A stretch of DNA of 64,000 nucleotides from an uncultured bacterium (GTDB lineage: Bacteria; Patescibacteriota; Saccharimonadia; UBA4664), in the NCBI GenBank assembly GCA_963720265.1, contig CAVRET010000002.1, forward strand, positions 663,601-727,600. Direction: 5' to 3'. This document shows positions 1 to 8,884 of the stretch, piece after piece. The notes under the pieces are model-generated. The model had not been told where the DNA came from and did not search any database. It worked only from the letters and a program-made list of their open reading frames with translations. The translations under genes were made by a program, and so were the position numbers. How positions within the stretch are numbered: position 1 is the stretch's first letter; every line of letters starts with the position of its first letter.

Positions 1-1
1 G

Positions 2-724
2 GCAAAGCACCGGCATGTAATCGGCTACGGTGCAAGGGCTGAAGTACACTGGGACAAAAGCTCGATCGTACTCGCAAAACACAAAATCCCGGTCGAGCCG
101 CACGTTATCGGCGAGCATATGTTGCTCACACTCCTGGCCGCCGCCGCAGTTGCACGCGAGCTTGGCCTTTCCGACGAGCAAATCGCGGCAGGTGTTGCCA
201 AGGTCCACCCGGTATCCGGCCGCATGAACCCGCTGCCCGGCGTAAACGGCTCTCGCCTCATCGATGATACCTACAATTCCAGCCCTGACGCCGTCGTGGC
301 TGCGCTCGCGACGCTCGCAAAATACCCAGGTCAAGGCCGCCGCATTGCCGTACTCGGCTCCATGAATGAGCTTGGCGACGATGCCCCGCGCTACCACGAA
401 GAAACCGGCGCCCACGCGGCCGGCGTTGACCTGCTCATTACCATAGGCGAGCTGGCAAATAAGTATCTCGGACCGGCGGCCGTTAAGGCCGGCCTCGACC
501 CTACCCGTTTAAAGACAGCCGAAACCCCGGTTGCCGCCGGAAATTTCCTCAAATCAATGCTTACGCGAGACGACGTCGTGCTCATCAAAGGCTCCCAAGA
601 TCGCCTCTACACTGAGGAAGCCACCAAGCTCCTCCTCGCCAACTCGGCCGATGCCAAAAAACTCGTGCGCCAATCGCCGTTTTGGATGGCCAAGAAGCGC
701 AGGCAATTCCCGGACCTGCTCTAA
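2..724 (+). CDS. murF: UDP-N-acetylmuramoyl-tripeptide--D-alanyl-D-alanine ligase (MurF), C-terminal part; the 5' end lies outside the window
   Basis: The frame is open from the window edge. It carries the Mur ligase C-terminal domain with the MurF-typical RLIDDTYNSSP motif and the downstream VLGSMNELG block. Confidence 0.7.
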   Translation, partial: AKHRHVIGYGARAEVHWDKSSIVLAKHKIPVEPHVIGEHMLLTLLAAAAVARELGLSDEQIAAGVAKVHPVSGRMNPLPGVNGSRLIDDTYNSSPDAVVAALATLAKYPGQGRRIAVLGSMNELGDDAPRYHEETGAHAAGVDLLITIGELANKYLGPAAVKAGLDPTRLKTAETPVAAGNFLKSMLTRDDVVLIKGSQDRLYTEEATKLLLANSADAKKLVRQSPFWMAKKRRQFPDLL

Positions 725-819
725 ACACAAAGAACCGCCCTAGTTTGGGTGGTTCTTACAAACAATAATACCTTGGGCTGGTGCCTCCGGCTCTCGGCCT
801 CCGGCAGGCACCCGCGTTG

Positions 820-1425
820 TCATCCCTGGCTGCAGCTCACCCTGTAGGAAGTGTTGCGGTTGGTCACGGTGACCACGGCCACCGGGCCGACCGGGGCTCC
901 GGGTTTCGCCCATGACGCTAGGACGTTACCGTCTGTAACCTCGGTAATCAGCTGACCCATCACTGTCGCCTGAACGGCGATGGACGCGGTGGGCGGCAGA
1001 CACGTCATAACCCGCTGGTTGCCGTCCCACTCGATCTGGGCGTTGACGAAACTAAGATCGTCACCGGTACGGTAGTTGACCACACCGGCCGTGAGCTGGC
1101 ATGCCCGGGCGTCCGGGTACCAGGCGACTGCGGGCGAGGCGCCCGGAGCGGCCTGATAGCCTAGCGTGCTGAGATGGTTCAGAATCGGCGTAAAGGCGTC
1201 AGTAAGGGCTTGCACCTCGCTGGCGCTGCAGCCAGCCGGAGCTATCGCGCGCGGCCTGGGAGCCGAGTTGTTGTGGCTGGAAGCGGTAACTAGCGCCACG
1301 GCCCATACGACCGAGACGACAAGCACCACGGCCGCCACGATCGCCGGTCCGCGCCAGCGAGATCTGGCCAGCCTTCTAAGTATGGCCGACACACGTACGC
1401 TAGCAGGTCTCATGGTTCTCCCCAT
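820..1425 (-). CDS. hypothetical membrane-anchored protein
   Basis: A 201-aa ORF with an N-terminal Arg-rich stretch followed by a hydrophobic helix (IVAAVVLVVSVVWAVALV). No motif recognised. Confidence 0.45.
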   Translation of the reverse strand: MGRTMRPASVRVSAILRRLARSRWRGPAIVAAVVLVVSVVWAVALVTASSHNNSAPRPRAIAPAGCSASEVQALTDAFTPILNHLSTLGYQAAPGASPAVAWYPDARACQLTAGVVNYRTGDDLSFVNAQIEWDGNQRVMTCLPPTASIAVQATVMGQLITEVTDGNVLASWAKPGAPVGPVAVVTVTNRNTSYRVSCSQG

Positions 1426-1540
1426 GTCGTGAACGGGTCTAGGGTTGGTGATAGGACGGGGTTGGGATGTTAAAGCAACGTAAATTTATATTAGCATAAA
1501 AACACCAAAAAGTCAAATAATTCTTAAGCTTTACAAAGGC

Positions 1541-2110
1541 CTAAACCTGCTGCTCTTCCTCGTGAATCGCCACTCTTCCGCCCATATGTTGCCCCCGGTA
1601 GGCCGTACCACGCCCCTCGATCCGGTAAAATACAATATTGGCAATCCTAGCACCCAGCTGCAGCTGCACCGGAAAATCGCTCAAGTTCTTCAGCCCAAAC
1701 GCCAGCGGCCCTTCGTAGCCTGGGTCGGCCTTGTTGGTCAAAAGTAACAAACCCACCCGAAACAGCGTTCCCCGCGGGTAAACCATCGGCATCACATCGA
1801 GCGGCGTCTTTAACCCCTCGATCGAGCGCACTACGTAATACTTGCCCGGCTCAATGCTCACAAATTCCTCGCTCGCCGAATCCACCGCCCATTCCGCCAG
1901 CTGCTTCGTTTGCACACCCTTGCGTTTACCCAAACCTGCCTCGCCGTCGGCTTCAATAAACGCTCCGCCCTCATGAATCACATGCACCTGCCCGAGCCGC
2001 AGGTCCACGCCCACGCCCTCGGGGTTTTCCAGCTCACGCCGCCCCAGGTTCGTAATTAAGCCCTCTTCACGCACCCGCCTTAGCACTTCGTCAATGCCCA
2101 GCACTGCCAT
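1541..2110 (-). CDS. dcd: dCTP deaminase family protein (Dcd/dUTPase fold)
   Basis: The C-terminal block ADPGYEGPLAFGLKNLSDFPVQLQLGARIANIVFY matches the dCTP deaminase signature. I placed the start at ATG 2110 (MAVLGIDEV), which has a GGGAGAG SD, rather than the ORF-track Met at 2128. Confidence 0.6.
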   Translation of the reverse strand: MAVLGIDEVLRRVREEGLITNLGRRELENPEGVGVDLRLGQVHVIHEGGAFIEADGEAGLGKRKGVQTKQLAEWAVDSASEEFVSIEPGKYYVVRSIEGLKTPLDVMPMVYPRGTLFRVGLLLLTNKADPGYEGPLAFGLKNLSDFPVQLQLGARIANIVFYRIEGRGTAYRGQHMGGRVAIHEEEQQV

Positions 2111-2184
2111 GTCGCATCTCTCCCACAATCTTTCACCATCGTAGCAAATGCTATACTGATGGCGATATTGGTGGGAGGGAAACT

Positions 2185-2787
2185 ATGGCAACTCAGCCGT
2201 CCAAGCGTGATGTCGAACTAATCTATGAGGTTGGTTGCCTGCGCCTGATGCAGCGCATGTGGAGCCGGTTTCTCACGCCTGAGTTCGCCAATGTGGCCGA
2301 GCACCACTTTCGCGTGGCTTGGATCGCTCTGATTATCGCCAAATACGAACACGGCGATGAAGCCAAGGTGCTCAAAATGGCACTGGCTCACGACCTCTCG
2401 GAATCGCGCGCCGGTGATCTCGATTATGTTTCGCGGCTATATGCCGAGCGCCACGAAGACAAAGCCATTGCCGACATGCTTGACGGCACAGTGCTCGCGC
2501 CCGAAATCGTGGATCTCTGGCTCGAGTATGAAAAACTGGAGTCGCTCGAAGCCAAAATTGTCAAAGACGCCGATTATATTGATGTTGATGCTGAGTTGGC
2601 CGAGCAGCGCTCCCGTGGCAATCACGGAATCTACGACTTCAAAGAACCCATCCGGGAGCATGTCGGCGCGACCAAGCTCAAAACCGAAACCGGCAAACGC
2701 CTGTGGCAAGCAATCCGCGAGGGCAACCCCCTCGACTGGATTGCCAGTTCAAAAAACCGGCTCAACGCCGGCGACTGGAAAAAGTAA
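2185..2787 (+). CDS. HD-domain phosphohydrolase (YfbR-like 5'-deoxynucleotidase candidate)
   Basis: HD motif HHFRVAWIA...LAHDLSESRAGDL. Confidence 0.55.
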   Translation: MATQPSKRDVELIYEVGCLRLMQRMWSRFLTPEFANVAEHHFRVAWIALIIAKYEHGDEAKVLKMALAHDLSESRAGDLDYVSRLYAERHEDKAIADMLDGTVLAPEIVDLWLEYEKLESLEAKIVKDADYIDVDAELAEQRSRGNHGIYDFKEPIREHVGATKLKTETGKRLWQAIREGNPLDWIASSKNRLNAGDWKK

Positions 2788-2880
2788 ACCAAGTATTACA
2801 ATATTGCAATCCGTACAATTGAAAATACCTGCCCAGGCCGACCGAGATGCCGGCCGAGGCAGGTATTACGCGTCCCTTCG

Positions 2881-3282
2881 CTAGTCCGGCAACACAACAT
2901 CCGTCGCCGCAATAAGCGCGGCGATACAGTGCAGACACATGTCCATGCCTCTGCGGTCGTTCCATCCGCGAAAAGCGGTGTTGCAACAGGTAGAACCGTC
3001 CAGGTCGAGGAAGACATTGTGGACAACGCTTGGGCCCGTCACACGCCAAAGCTGGCCAAACAGGAACCTCACGCGCTTCTCTGCAACGGCCGTGACCGAC
3101 TGGCCAAGCATGACCACGATTCGGCCCGGCTGGCCGGACTCCTTGAAGTAGCGGATCATCCTGATGACTCGTTCCTGCATTGGCGTCTCCAGCCGGCCAA
3201 ACTGCACATTCATGCCTGTGCGCAGATAGCGCAGTCGCTCTTCTTGGCCGAGTATCTCGCCCAATGCATAACCACGGCTCAA
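2881..3282 (-). CDS. hypothetical protein. It may be the C-terminal continuation of the upstream SWIM protein (33-nt gap) and has a degenerate Cys/His cluster.
   Basis: A 133-aa ORF with protein-like composition and CCN...CLHC near its C-terminus. The overlapping + ORF 2929..4218 has R/H/Q-rich, noise-like composition. Confidence 0.35.
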   Translation of the reverse strand: MSRGYALGEILGQEERLRYLRTGMNVQFGRLETPMQERVIRMIRYFKESGQPGRIVVMLGQSVTAVAEKRVRFLFGQLWRVTGPSVVHNVFLDLDGSTCCNTAFRGWNDRRGMDMCLHCIAALIAATDVVLPD

Positions 3283-3315
3283 TCGTTGTCCCTCCTTTCA
3301 GGGCCGCCGTTCAGT

Positions 3316-4065
3316 TCACTCCGCCAACAGCTTGGCGAACGCCACCAGCAGGATTCCTTCACACAGCCGCGCTTCGGTGAAAGCCACGCAGGGGCAGGTC
3401 ATTGTGTCCAGATACACGTAGTGGTCGAGGTAGAAGTAGCGATTGGTGCCCACGTCGCTCAACGGCAACGCAGTGCCGAAGTGCTCTATCGCCAGCAGGC
3501 ACTGCTCAATGAGCGGCCGGTTGTAACTGCTACCGGTTTCCGCGCCGATCACCCAGGCGGCGACCAGTGCCAGTGCTGCCGGCTTCAACCGCTCCGGCAG
3601 GCCGGCGAACTGCATGCCCAAGAGCGGGTGGTCCTCGAGCAGATCGGGATCAGCGGACCGCTGCAAGACGTTCACCGGGTTGCTCAGGATAGCCACACCA
3701 TACTTGGCCAGGGCCACGATCAGGTGGCTACACATACCGACCTTACCCTCAAGACGCCCCTGGTACAGCGGGCAGGTGCAGGTAAGGTTGTTGAGATCGA
3801 CCGTGTACGTGCCGTCGTCGCCCGTAAACTCGAAGACGCCTGGTCCTTTACTCGTGAGCTTGCGTCCTTCGCGCAAGTATCTCGCTGCGCGCAGCGTCTT
3901 GTCGACCTGCGTTGTTTGCACATTGGCCACGAACATGATGATGAGCACATCGATCACGGCTGTCTGGGCCTTTGCCAGTCCGAATGGCCAGTCACGAATA
4001 ATCCCATGCTTGTCCATCAGCGGGCCATAACCGCGTCCGTCCAACAGCCTAAGCGTTTCAAGCAT
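3316..4065 (-). CDS. SWIM zinc-finger domain protein
   Basis: CTCPLYQGRLEGKVGMCSHL fits the SWIM pattern CxCx(n)CxH. A second Cys cluster MTCPCVAF follows. Confidence 0.5.
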   Translation of the reverse strand: MLETLRLLDGRGYGPLMDKHGIIRDWPFGLAKAQTAVIDVLIIMFVANVQTTQVDKTLRAARYLREGRKLTSKGPGVFEFTGDDGTYTVDLNNLTCTCPLYQGRLEGKVGMCSHLIVALAKYGVAILSNPVNVLQRSADPDLLEDHPLLGMQFAGLPERLKPAALALVAAWVIGAETGSSYNRPLIEQCLLAIEHFGTALPLSDVGTNRYFYLDHYVYLDTMTCPCVAFTEARLCEGILLVAFAKLLAE

Positions 4066-4189
4066 CGCGCACTCCGTTCTCCTCTGTCGTCGTTGCGATG
4101 GATATATCTTTACAACATCTTAGTAAACAACGCAACAAGCGCAGCGATCACTAGCCACAACCTCAAAAACCCCTATAATGTAGCCAGTT

Positions 4190-7100
4190 ATGAAGCAGTA
4201 CGATCCCAAAACCATTGAGCCCAAATGGCAGCAAATCTGGGCCGACACCAATCTGTATGCCGCCATCGACGGTGATTCCAGGCCAAAATATTACATGCTC
4301 ACTGAGTTCCCGTATCCGTCAGCCGCCGGTCTCCACGCCGGCCACGTACGCGAGTACACCATCGGCGACGTCATGGCCCGCCATAAACGTATGCTCGGCC
4401 ACAACGTGCTCTACCCCATGGGCTGGGACGCCTTTGGCCTGCCTACCGAAAATTACGCTATTAAGACCGGCCAGAAGCCAAAGGATGTCACTGCCACCAA
4501 CACGGCCATCTTTCGCCGCCAGATGCAATTGCTTGGCCTCGGTTTCGATTGGTCGCGCGAGGTCAATACCTCGGACCCGGCCTACTACAAATGGACCCAG
4601 TGGCTGTTTTTGCAATTCTTCAAGCACGGCCTCGCCTATCAGGCCGAGATTCCCATTAATTGGTGCCCATTTGAAAAAACCGGCCTGGCCAACGAAGAGG
4701 TGATAAATGGCGTCCACGAGCGCTGCGGCACCCCGGTTGAGAAAAAACTGCTTAAGCAATGGATGCTTAAAATCACCGCCTACGCCGACCGGCTGGTGGA
4801 TGGCTTAAAAACCGTCGACTACCCTCCCCGTATCGCCGACCAGCAAATCAACTGGATCGGCCGCTCTGAGGGTGCCAACATCGACTTCTCCGTTGCCGGC
4901 GAGAAAATTACTGTCTACACTACCCGCCCCGACACGCTCGCCGGCGCTACCTTCCTCGTGCTCGCGCCCGAGCATCCAGCCGTGGCCAAAATTACAAGAC
5001 CGCAGCAGAAAGACCGGGTTGAGCAATACGTTAAGAAAACCCAGTCCGAGACCGATCTAAACCGCCAGGAAGAAAACCGGCCCAAAACCGGTGTCTTTAC
5101 CGGCGTCCATACCATAAATCCCATCACCAAAGCCAGCATGCCGGTCTGGATTGCCGACTATGTGCTGGCCGGCTACGGTACCGGCGCCATTATGGCCGTT
5201 CCTGCCCATGATGAGCGAGATTTTGCCTTTGCCAAGGCCATGAATAAGCAGCTGGGCTACGACGTAGAGCCCACCTATGTTGACATTGAATCAACGCCTC
5301 GGCCGGACCAGCCATTCGAAAACCGCGAAGTTGCCCAGGCTATAGTCAAGCATCCGACCGAGCAAAAGTACCTATTGTTGGAGCTTAAAGCCTGGGACGA
5401 CAAATCTTACAGCTACCCCATGGGAGGAATCCACGACGGCGAAACCCCGACCGAAACGGCAGTGCGCGAGCTGACTGAGGAAACCGGCTACGACCATATC
5501 AGACACACCAGGCCGATCAGTGCGCCTTACTTTGCGGAATTTTATCACCAGCACAAACACGTCAATCGGCGCGCTCACGTCCACAGTGTATTCATTGAAC
5601 TTGCCGATCTTCACCAATCTGGCATTGCACAACACGAACGCGACCTGCACGGGCTTCATTGGCTTACCGGTGACGAGGTGGCCAGCAAGGTACTTGGTAC
5701 CGGCACAAAGAAATTAATGCTCGACTTCCTTGCCGGCCGCGCCACTCCGGCTATCGACATCATACCGGTGATCGACCCTGTCCTCATTCGCGACGATGCG
5801 AGGGATTTGAAGGAATTCAAGCGCCATCGCAAAATCGTCGCCGTCGTCGAAAATGCCGCAGGCGAAATCCTCACTATCAACTGGGGTCCAAAGTATGGCG
5901 GCCGCCTCACCATTGGCGGCACCATCGAAGGCGACGAGGCACCCGAAATTACAGCTATGCGCGAAGTCGCCGAAGAAACCGGTTACCACGACCTCGAAGT
6001 GCTCGAAACCGGCGCCGAAACCATGCATTACAAGTATTATGCCTTCTCTAAAAGGGAAGGGCACGATGTCACCGTCCGGTTCATTCATACGCGCCTTAAA
6101 AGCGACAAACGCAAAGCCCAAGATCTCAACGAATCCGAGAAAAACAAATTCACAGTCGAATGGGCAACACGCAACCAAGCCGAGCGCGAGATCGTTGAGC
6201 CGCTTCACCGCTACGCCATAAACAAATTCATCTTTGGTCATGTCCATGCCGGCGACGGTGTGCTCGTGAACTCCGGCCAATTTGACGGCCTGCAAAACGA
6301 CGAAGCCAGGCGTGCTATTGTCCAGTGGCTGTTTGATCAGGGCCTGGGCCGCCACGCCACCACCTACCGCTTGCGCGACTGGATTTTCTCACGCCAGCAC
6401 TACTGGGGCGAGCCTATCCCCATTATTCACTGCCCCAAAGACGGCGCCGTGCCCGTGCCCGACGACCAGCTGCCCGTAAAGCTGCCCGAGGTTGAGCATT
6501 ATGAACCCACCGATACCGGCGAATCGCCGCTCGCCGCCATTTCCGAATTCGTAAACACTACTTGCCCCAAGTGCGGCGGCCCGGCCAAACGCGAAACCGA
6601 CACCATGCCCAACTGGGCCGGCTCAAGCTGGTACTACCTACGCTACATGGACCCGCACAACGACCACGAATTCGCCGGCCGCGCCAACATGGATTATTGG
6701 GGCATGGTCGATATCTACCTCGGCGGAATGGAGCACACCACGCTCCACTTGCTCTATTCACGTTTTTGGCACCAGTTCTTTTACGATCAGGGCCTCGTGC
6801 CCACGCCGGAACCCTATGCCGCCCGCCGCGGTCAAGGCATAGTTTTGGCTTCGGACGGCCGTAAAATGAGTAAATCACTCGGCAACGTCGTCAACCCCAC
6901 TGACATCGTCGAACGCTACGGCGCCGATACCTTCCGTCTATACATCATGTTCATGGCGCCGTACGACGAAACCACACCCTGGAGTGACGAGCGTTTAAAC
7001 GGTGTCTCGCGCTTCCTCTACCGCGTCTGGGCGCTCGTTCAACAGTTACGTGAACCACAAGCCGAAATCGCGCCGAATGGCATTATCGAGACCGAAGTCG

Positions 7101-7588
7101 ATCGCACTACCCACAAAACCCTCAAAAAGGTCCACGACGACCTCGAAGGGATGCGCTTTAACACTTACGTCAGTGCACTTATGGAATGCGTCAATTACCT
7201 GAACTCGCCGGCGAACCTGACTGCGATTCGCAACCACCCGGCTCTCTCCGAGCGCACCATCCGGACGCTCATTCTCATGCTCGCCCCGGCCGCACCGCAC
7301 CTGGCCGAAGAGCTTTGGCACGAGCTGGGCGAGCAGGGGAGCGTGCATACTGCACCATGGCCCAAATACGACCCCGAGCTCATCAAGGACGACCTCATCA
7401 CCATAGTGGTACAGATAAACGGAAAGGTTCGTGGCCAAACCACGGCCCCGGCCGACGTCACCGAGGCCGACCTCATCAATTTAGCCTCAATCGAGCCCAA
7501 GGTGGCCGCTCTGCTTGATGGCAAAAAGGTTGCAAATACTATTGTCGTGCCCCGCCGCCTCGTCAATTTCGTCGTTAAGGAGAGCTAG
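4190..7588 (+). CDS. leuS: leucyl-tRNA synthetase with an insertion of about 335 aa containing two Nudix domains
   Basis: HAGH (HIGH variant), the editing-domain blocks TTRPDTLAGATFLVLAPEHP and GTGAIMAVPAHDERDF, YRLRDWIFSRQHYWGEPIP, KMSKSLGN, and the anticodon-binding region are all present. Two perfect Nudix boxes, GGIHDGETPTETAVRELTEETGY and [24 protein letters not shown], lie between the editing domain and SGQFDGL. Confidence 0.9.
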   Translation: MKQYDPKTIEPKWQQIWADTNLYAAIDGDSRPKYYMLTEFPYPSAAGLHAGHVREYTIGDVMARHKRMLGHNVLYPMGWDAFGLPTENYAIKTGQKPKDVTATNTAIFRRQMQLLGLGFDWSREVNTSDPAYYKWTQWLFLQFFKHGLAYQAEIPINWCPFEKTGLANEEVINGVHERCGTPVEKKLLKQWMLKITAYADRLVDGLKTVDYPPRIADQQINWIGRSEGANIDFSVAGEKITVYTTRPDTLAGATFLVLAPEHPAVAKITRPQQKDRVEQYVKKTQSETDLNRQEENRPKTGVFTGVHTINPITKASMPVWIADYVLAGYGTGAIMAVPAHDERDFAFAKAMNKQLGYDVEPTYVDIESTPRPDQPFENREVAQAIVKHPTEQKYLLLELKAWDDKSYSYPMGGIHDGETPTETAVRELTEETGYDHIRHTRPISAPYFAEFYHQHKHVNRRAHVHSVFIELADLHQSGIAQHERDLHGLHWLTGDEVASKVLGTGTKKLMLDFLAGRATPAIDIIPVIDPVLIRDDARDLKEFKRHRKIVAVVENAAGEILTINWGPKYGGRLTIGGTIEGDEAPEITAMREVAEETGYHDLEVLETGAETMHYKYYAFSKREGHDVTVRFIHTRLKSDKRKAQDLNESEKNKFTVEWATRNQAEREIVEPLHRYAINKFIFGHVHAGDGVLVNSGQFDGLQNDEARRAIVQWLFDQGLGRHATTYRLRDWIFSRQHYWGEPIPIIHCPKDGAVPVPDDQLPVKLPEVEHYEPTDTGESPLAAISEFVNTTCPKCGGPAKRETDTMPNWAGSSWYYLRYMDPHNDHEFAGRANMDYWGMVDIYLGGMEHTTLHLLYSRFWHQFFYDQGLVPTPEPYAARRGQGIVLASDGRKMSKSLGNVVNPTDIVERYGADTFRLYIMFMAPYDETTPWSDERLNGVSRFLYRVWALVQQLREPQAEIAPNGIIETEVDRTTHKTLKKVHDDLEGMRFNTYVSALMECVNYLNSPANLTAIRNHPALSERTIRTLILMLAPAAPHLAEELWHELGEQGSVHTAPWPKYDPELIKDDLITIVVQINGKVRGQTTAPADVTEADLINLASIEPKVAALLDGKKVANTIVVPRRLVNFVVKES

Positions 7589-8115
7589 TGGGCCTCAAAA
7601 TCGACTACAAATTTTGCCCGCAATGTCGACGGCCGATGACTCGTACCGCCGAGGGTGACCCGCATTGCGGGCATTGTGACATTACCGTTTATGACGATGT
7701 TGCCGCCGGTGCCTCAGCGCTGATTATCCGTGACGATCATGTTTTGCTCAGCCGGCGCGCCCGCGAGCCATATGAGGGTGACTATGACCTGGTTGGTGGA
7801 TTCATGAAGGCCGGCGAGTCACCTGAGCAAACGGCGGCCCGTGAGGCCATGGAAGAGACAGGACTAACCATAAAAATCAGTAAACTGCTTGGCATCTATC
7901 CCGATCAATACGGTGAAAACGGAAGCCCCGTCATTAGCATCGTCTATATCGGAGAGCACGTCGCCGGTTCAGAACAGGCAGGCGACGACGCTGCTGCTCT
8001 TGAATGGGTCGAAATTGAGCGGATCCCACCAGTCGCTTTTCAAAGCCGCTTCCAAAGCGTCCGCCAACCCTTGCACGATCTGCAGACCTGGTACCGCAGG
8101 CGAAAGGCGAGCTAG
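7588..8115 (+). CDS. NUDIX hydrolase with an N-terminal C4 zinc ribbon (NudC-like architecture)
   Basis: CPQC...CGHC zinc ribbon followed by the Nudix box GGFMKAGESPEQTAAREAMEETGL. The GTG start overlaps the leuS stop (TAGTG). Confidence 0.6.
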   Translation: MGLKIDYKFCPQCRRPMTRTAEGDPHCGHCDITVYDDVAAGASALIIRDDHVLLSRRAREPYEGDYDLVGGFMKAGESPEQTAAREAMEETGLTIKISKLLGIYPDQYGENGSPVISIVYIGEHVAGSEQAGDDAAALEWVEIERIPPVAFQSRFQSVRQPLHDLQTWYRRRKAS

Positions 8116-8777
8116 TGCCAGACCGCGCCGACTACTATCAAATTCTCGGCATCAAACCTTCTGCGACCGCAGCCGAAATCAAAACCGCCTATCACACTGC
8201 CGCCAAGCGCGCTCACCCGGACGCCGGCGGCTCGGCCGAAGCTATGCAGCGGGTCAACGAGGCGTATGCCGCGCTCAATGACCCGGATGCCCGGGCCGAC
8301 TACGACTACGACCACGCGGCAGTGAATCAGCCACCGCCCGAACGCCGGGCCACCCATACTGGACAGCCGCCCGCCTCGCCTCCCCATGCTGCCGCAGCCA
8401 CCGCCCGCGCTCAGGCCGAGGCCCAGGCCAGGGCCGATTATCGCCGCGCCATGGGCTACGCCCGCCGCTCAGCCTTCAAACAATTCGGCCTAAGTGCTTT
8501 CGCCGCCGCGGTCTTGTCCCCACCATGCCGCTTCTGGCCGCACGCGTACCCGATCGCAGCACCAAAACCATTTTTGCCCTCATTGCCTTCGCGCCCGTCT
8601 ATAGTCTCGCCATTGCCATCATGTTCTTGGCGCAACCGCGCCTACGTTTGGCCGTCGCCGTCATGGGCCACAGGAATGCCAGGCTTTCGCGCCACGACCG
8701 CACTGCTCTCGCTGGCATTGCCCTGGCTGCACTGCCACTTGCCGCCATTTGGGTCGTTCTCTTCAATTTTGGCCTGA
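8115..8777 (+). CDS. J-domain (DnaJ-like) protein. Its C-terminal third is probably frame-shifted relative to a membrane segment.
   Basis: J domain YYQILGIKPSATAAEIKTAYHTAAKRAHPDAGG. Downstream, the composition degenerates, while the alternate-frame ORF 8525..8785 encodes clean TM helices. Confidence 0.55.
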   Translation: MPDRADYYQILGIKPSATAAEIKTAYHTAAKRAHPDAGGSAEAMQRVNEAYAALNDPDARADYDYDHAAVNQPPPERRATHTGQPPASPPHAAAATARAQAEAQARADYRRAMGYARRSAFKQFGLSAFAAAVLSPPCRFWPHAYPIAAPKPFLPSLPSRPSIVSPLPSCSWRNRAYVWPSPSWATGMPGFRATTALLSLALPWLHCHLPPFGSFSSILA

Positions 8778-8884
8778 TTAAGTAATAAATGCTTTACATT
8801 CCGAGGCTCCCCCTCTAGAATGCATTTCTAAACGTCCCGTTGCCAATTCGTTCCAGATAACATATAATCTCACGCAAGAGTGCA

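Noticed and set aside
2929-4218. A 429-aa + strand ORF overlapping the leuS start and antisense to the SWIM genes
   Set aside because: Its composition is dominated by R/H/Q/A/L, typical of antisense GC-rich noise, and it has no motif. It runs into the well-supported leuS start. The minus-strand ORFs carry a recognisable SWIM motif.
5714-6355. A 213-aa minus-strand ORF, and several other >100-aa antisense ORFs inside leuS, ligD, glmS and the ABC transporter
   Set aside because: They are fully contained within strongly supported genes on the opposite strand and have biased noise-like composition. That is expected in 60% GC DNA.
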